Source of the DNA: an uncultured Candidatus Saccharibacteria bacterium
GTDB lineage: Bacteria; Patescibacteriota; Doudnabacteria; UBA920; 2-01-FULL-46-14
Assembly (NCBI GenBank): GCA_964396685.1
Contig: CAYNFS010000001.1
Coordinates: 16,638-80,637 of the forward strand
Length of the DNA stretch: 64,000 nucleotides
Direction: 5' to 3'
Part shown: positions 63,801 to 64,000 of the stretch, one piece after another
Layout of the letters: the number at the start of each line of letters is the position of its first letter
Numbering within the stretch: the stretch's first letter is position 1
Program-made: the position numbers and the translations under genes
The notes under the pieces: generated by a model
Told to the model about the DNA's origin: nothing
The model's database searches: none
The model's input: only the letters and a program-made list of their open reading frames with translations

Positions 63801-64000
63801 GCGGCAGCAGGCGTGTCAGAGGCCAAAGACATGGTAAGCGTGCCAGTAGACGGTGTTGTCGGAGGGGTAATCACTTCTTCCGCGCAGTAGTTGGAACCGG
63901 CAGTCAGTCCCGAAGTAGAGCCCGCAACCGGCGTTGAGAAGCTAAATCCAAAACCGGTATAGCAGGAAGCTGTCGGGAATCCGCGCTTGGCGGTCGCTGT
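60818..64000 (-). CDS. very large Ser/Thr/Val/Ala-rich repetitive surface protein (S-layer/adhesin/pilus-associated candidate), N-terminus beyond window end
   Basis: The ORF track 'M' at 63874 is a GTG. The same frame stays open, with no stop, up to position 64000 (checked by hand). Composition is typical of extracellular beta-rich, potentially O-glycosylated proteins. Confidence 0.6.
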   Translation of the reverse strand, partial: TATAKRGFPTASCYTGFGFSFSTPVAGSTSGLTAGSNYCAEEVITPPTTPSTGTLTMSLASDTPAAATVVKNAARVGFTKVNFTATGGDVTIDSLTVERTGVSSDSNFTDIILLDVSGGISVGQATQIGNEKSLSSTHKASFGDDMVVKSGTTKSVMIAANMAGTLQAAEQAKLELIDLVVAGSATKSGTLPIAGNAMTMNNSVTIAAVTVKASATPSATTQNVGTVDYIVSSLQIINNSVEKVELSSITFTQNGSAGDTDVKDLELMVDGSALTSVASPSAKKAQFVLASPLVVDKGQTKNLDLRLDIVDGSARAISLDIDKKADVVVKGQTYGFYVVPTYQTSAAVAVTTSPFYNPADTTIGNGSITYSKGVLSSLNVAEGASAQALGAFKSTVQGEAIRVTQLIIGVTSTAAIANLSDLTVKDESGVAVAGPFDPAVASGLTTLGSATSTDTIVFPVGTHTYTVYGTLNSSYSANDTITLRLSDPDGLVTAKGEVTNQTITANPTSDLSLDTVTVKTAALSVSTSVTPAAQSVIVGATDFVFANFIFDAANSGEDVRLTQLAVVHRTDGNNEQSQVANLQLFDGTTALLPIVQPTNVAGLAATSTFSLTSPIVIAKGASKTLTLKGDLVSGVAGDDHTFGISNSDLVTAVGATTGNTVTETVAVSEGQTMTIADSGSMTVATDASNPSQGALITGGASKVTVGELLLSANNENVDLTEIHFSRTQVNGGNINDEFSMAYLFDGSTQIASVAPTTTSAVSFMNLDGKFVITKGTSKKLTLKVDTQAVTNNQGDGNVGDSGDGVSFSVAEDKYSAKGVSSGTNLAAGNKSGTFTGQEYTIYKSVPTWQKLALSSNTLVNSSGVSLFKFKVTADAKGDLGFYKASFAITTTTATVTNFELIEEPNTSSEKNLTNNAARDVSTVLVTSSDGKGGQYSVNLLFDTGTDGVGNGGEFRFISAGQSKTFELRGTVASAVTGSSVSVVFRGDSAFSGTNTDPRSASTATGNNPSTGIADQEQGKFVWSDLHYGNSSSTATNTAEWFNGYRVSGLPVTSTAETLTK

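Noticed and set aside
63872-63874. 'M' start of the large surface-protein ORF in the track
   Set aside because: The codon is GTG, and the same frame continues without a stop to position 64000, so the gene is 5'-truncated by the window rather than starting here.

Overview
This window reads as a single, densely packed surface-glycan and pilus locus, with almost every gene on the minus strand. No rRNA, tRNA, CRISPR array, transposase or integrase was recognised. The gene order and content look CPR/Patescibacteria-like, but that is an inference.

Gene content, from low to high coordinates:
- A type IV pilus operon (about 1-4915): a PilX-like protein truncated by the window start, two prepilins, PilC and the PilB ATPase.
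- A Wzy_C/O-antigen-ligase-family protein with a C-terminal TPR domain, a zincin-like metallopeptidase, a hypothetical, and a WbaP-type initiating phosphoglycosyltransferase (the only plus-strand gene in this part).
- A near-continuous minus-strand array of about 50 kb (about 10.0-58.7 kb) encoding:
  - two nonulosonic-acid modules (two NeuB-family synthases, one of them fused to a cupin; two CMP-sugar cytidylyltransferases; a HAD phosphatase; DegT and class III aminotransferases; a WxcM cupin; SDR dehydratases/epimerases; Gfo/Idh/MocA oxidoreductases; a GNAT);
  - a complete sulfation module: a sulfotransferase, a pyruvate-kinase-like/ATP-sulfurylase/APS-kinase tri-domain fusion, and a CysQ-like PAP phosphatase;
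  - an O-carbamoyltransferase plus a second copy that has only the N-terminal domain;
  - at least seven SAM methyltransferases (one NPPY/HemK-like, one TylF-like, one MTase-Zn-ribbon-GNAT fusion);
  - three paralogous large GT-B-like proteins, tentatively KpsC/KpsS (Capsule_synth)-like;
  - an MsbA-type ABC exporter, seven GT4 and two GT2 glycosyltransferases, a GT39-family membrane glycosyltransferase, and two short tandem UGDH-like dehydrogenases;
  - two toxin-antitoxin pairs (RHH-PIN; MNT-HepT).
- The window ends with a TPR protein and a very large Ser/Thr/Val-rich surface protein that remains open at the window edge.

Three things stand out beyond gene content:
- Two families of palindromic repeat elements are inserted in frame inside four GT4 genes. 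This resembles Rickettsia palindromic elements.
- Three heptanucleotide tandem repeats ((tttttga)4 at the pilin gene, (aattttg)5 inside an oxidoreductase CDS, (atactaa)5 inside a GT4 CDS) look like contingency (phase-variation) loci.
- A 419-bp cassette bounded by about 45-bp inverted repeats carries a small ORF with a strong Shine-Dalgarno sequence.

There is also a compositionally anomalous GC-rich segment carrying one orphan gene.
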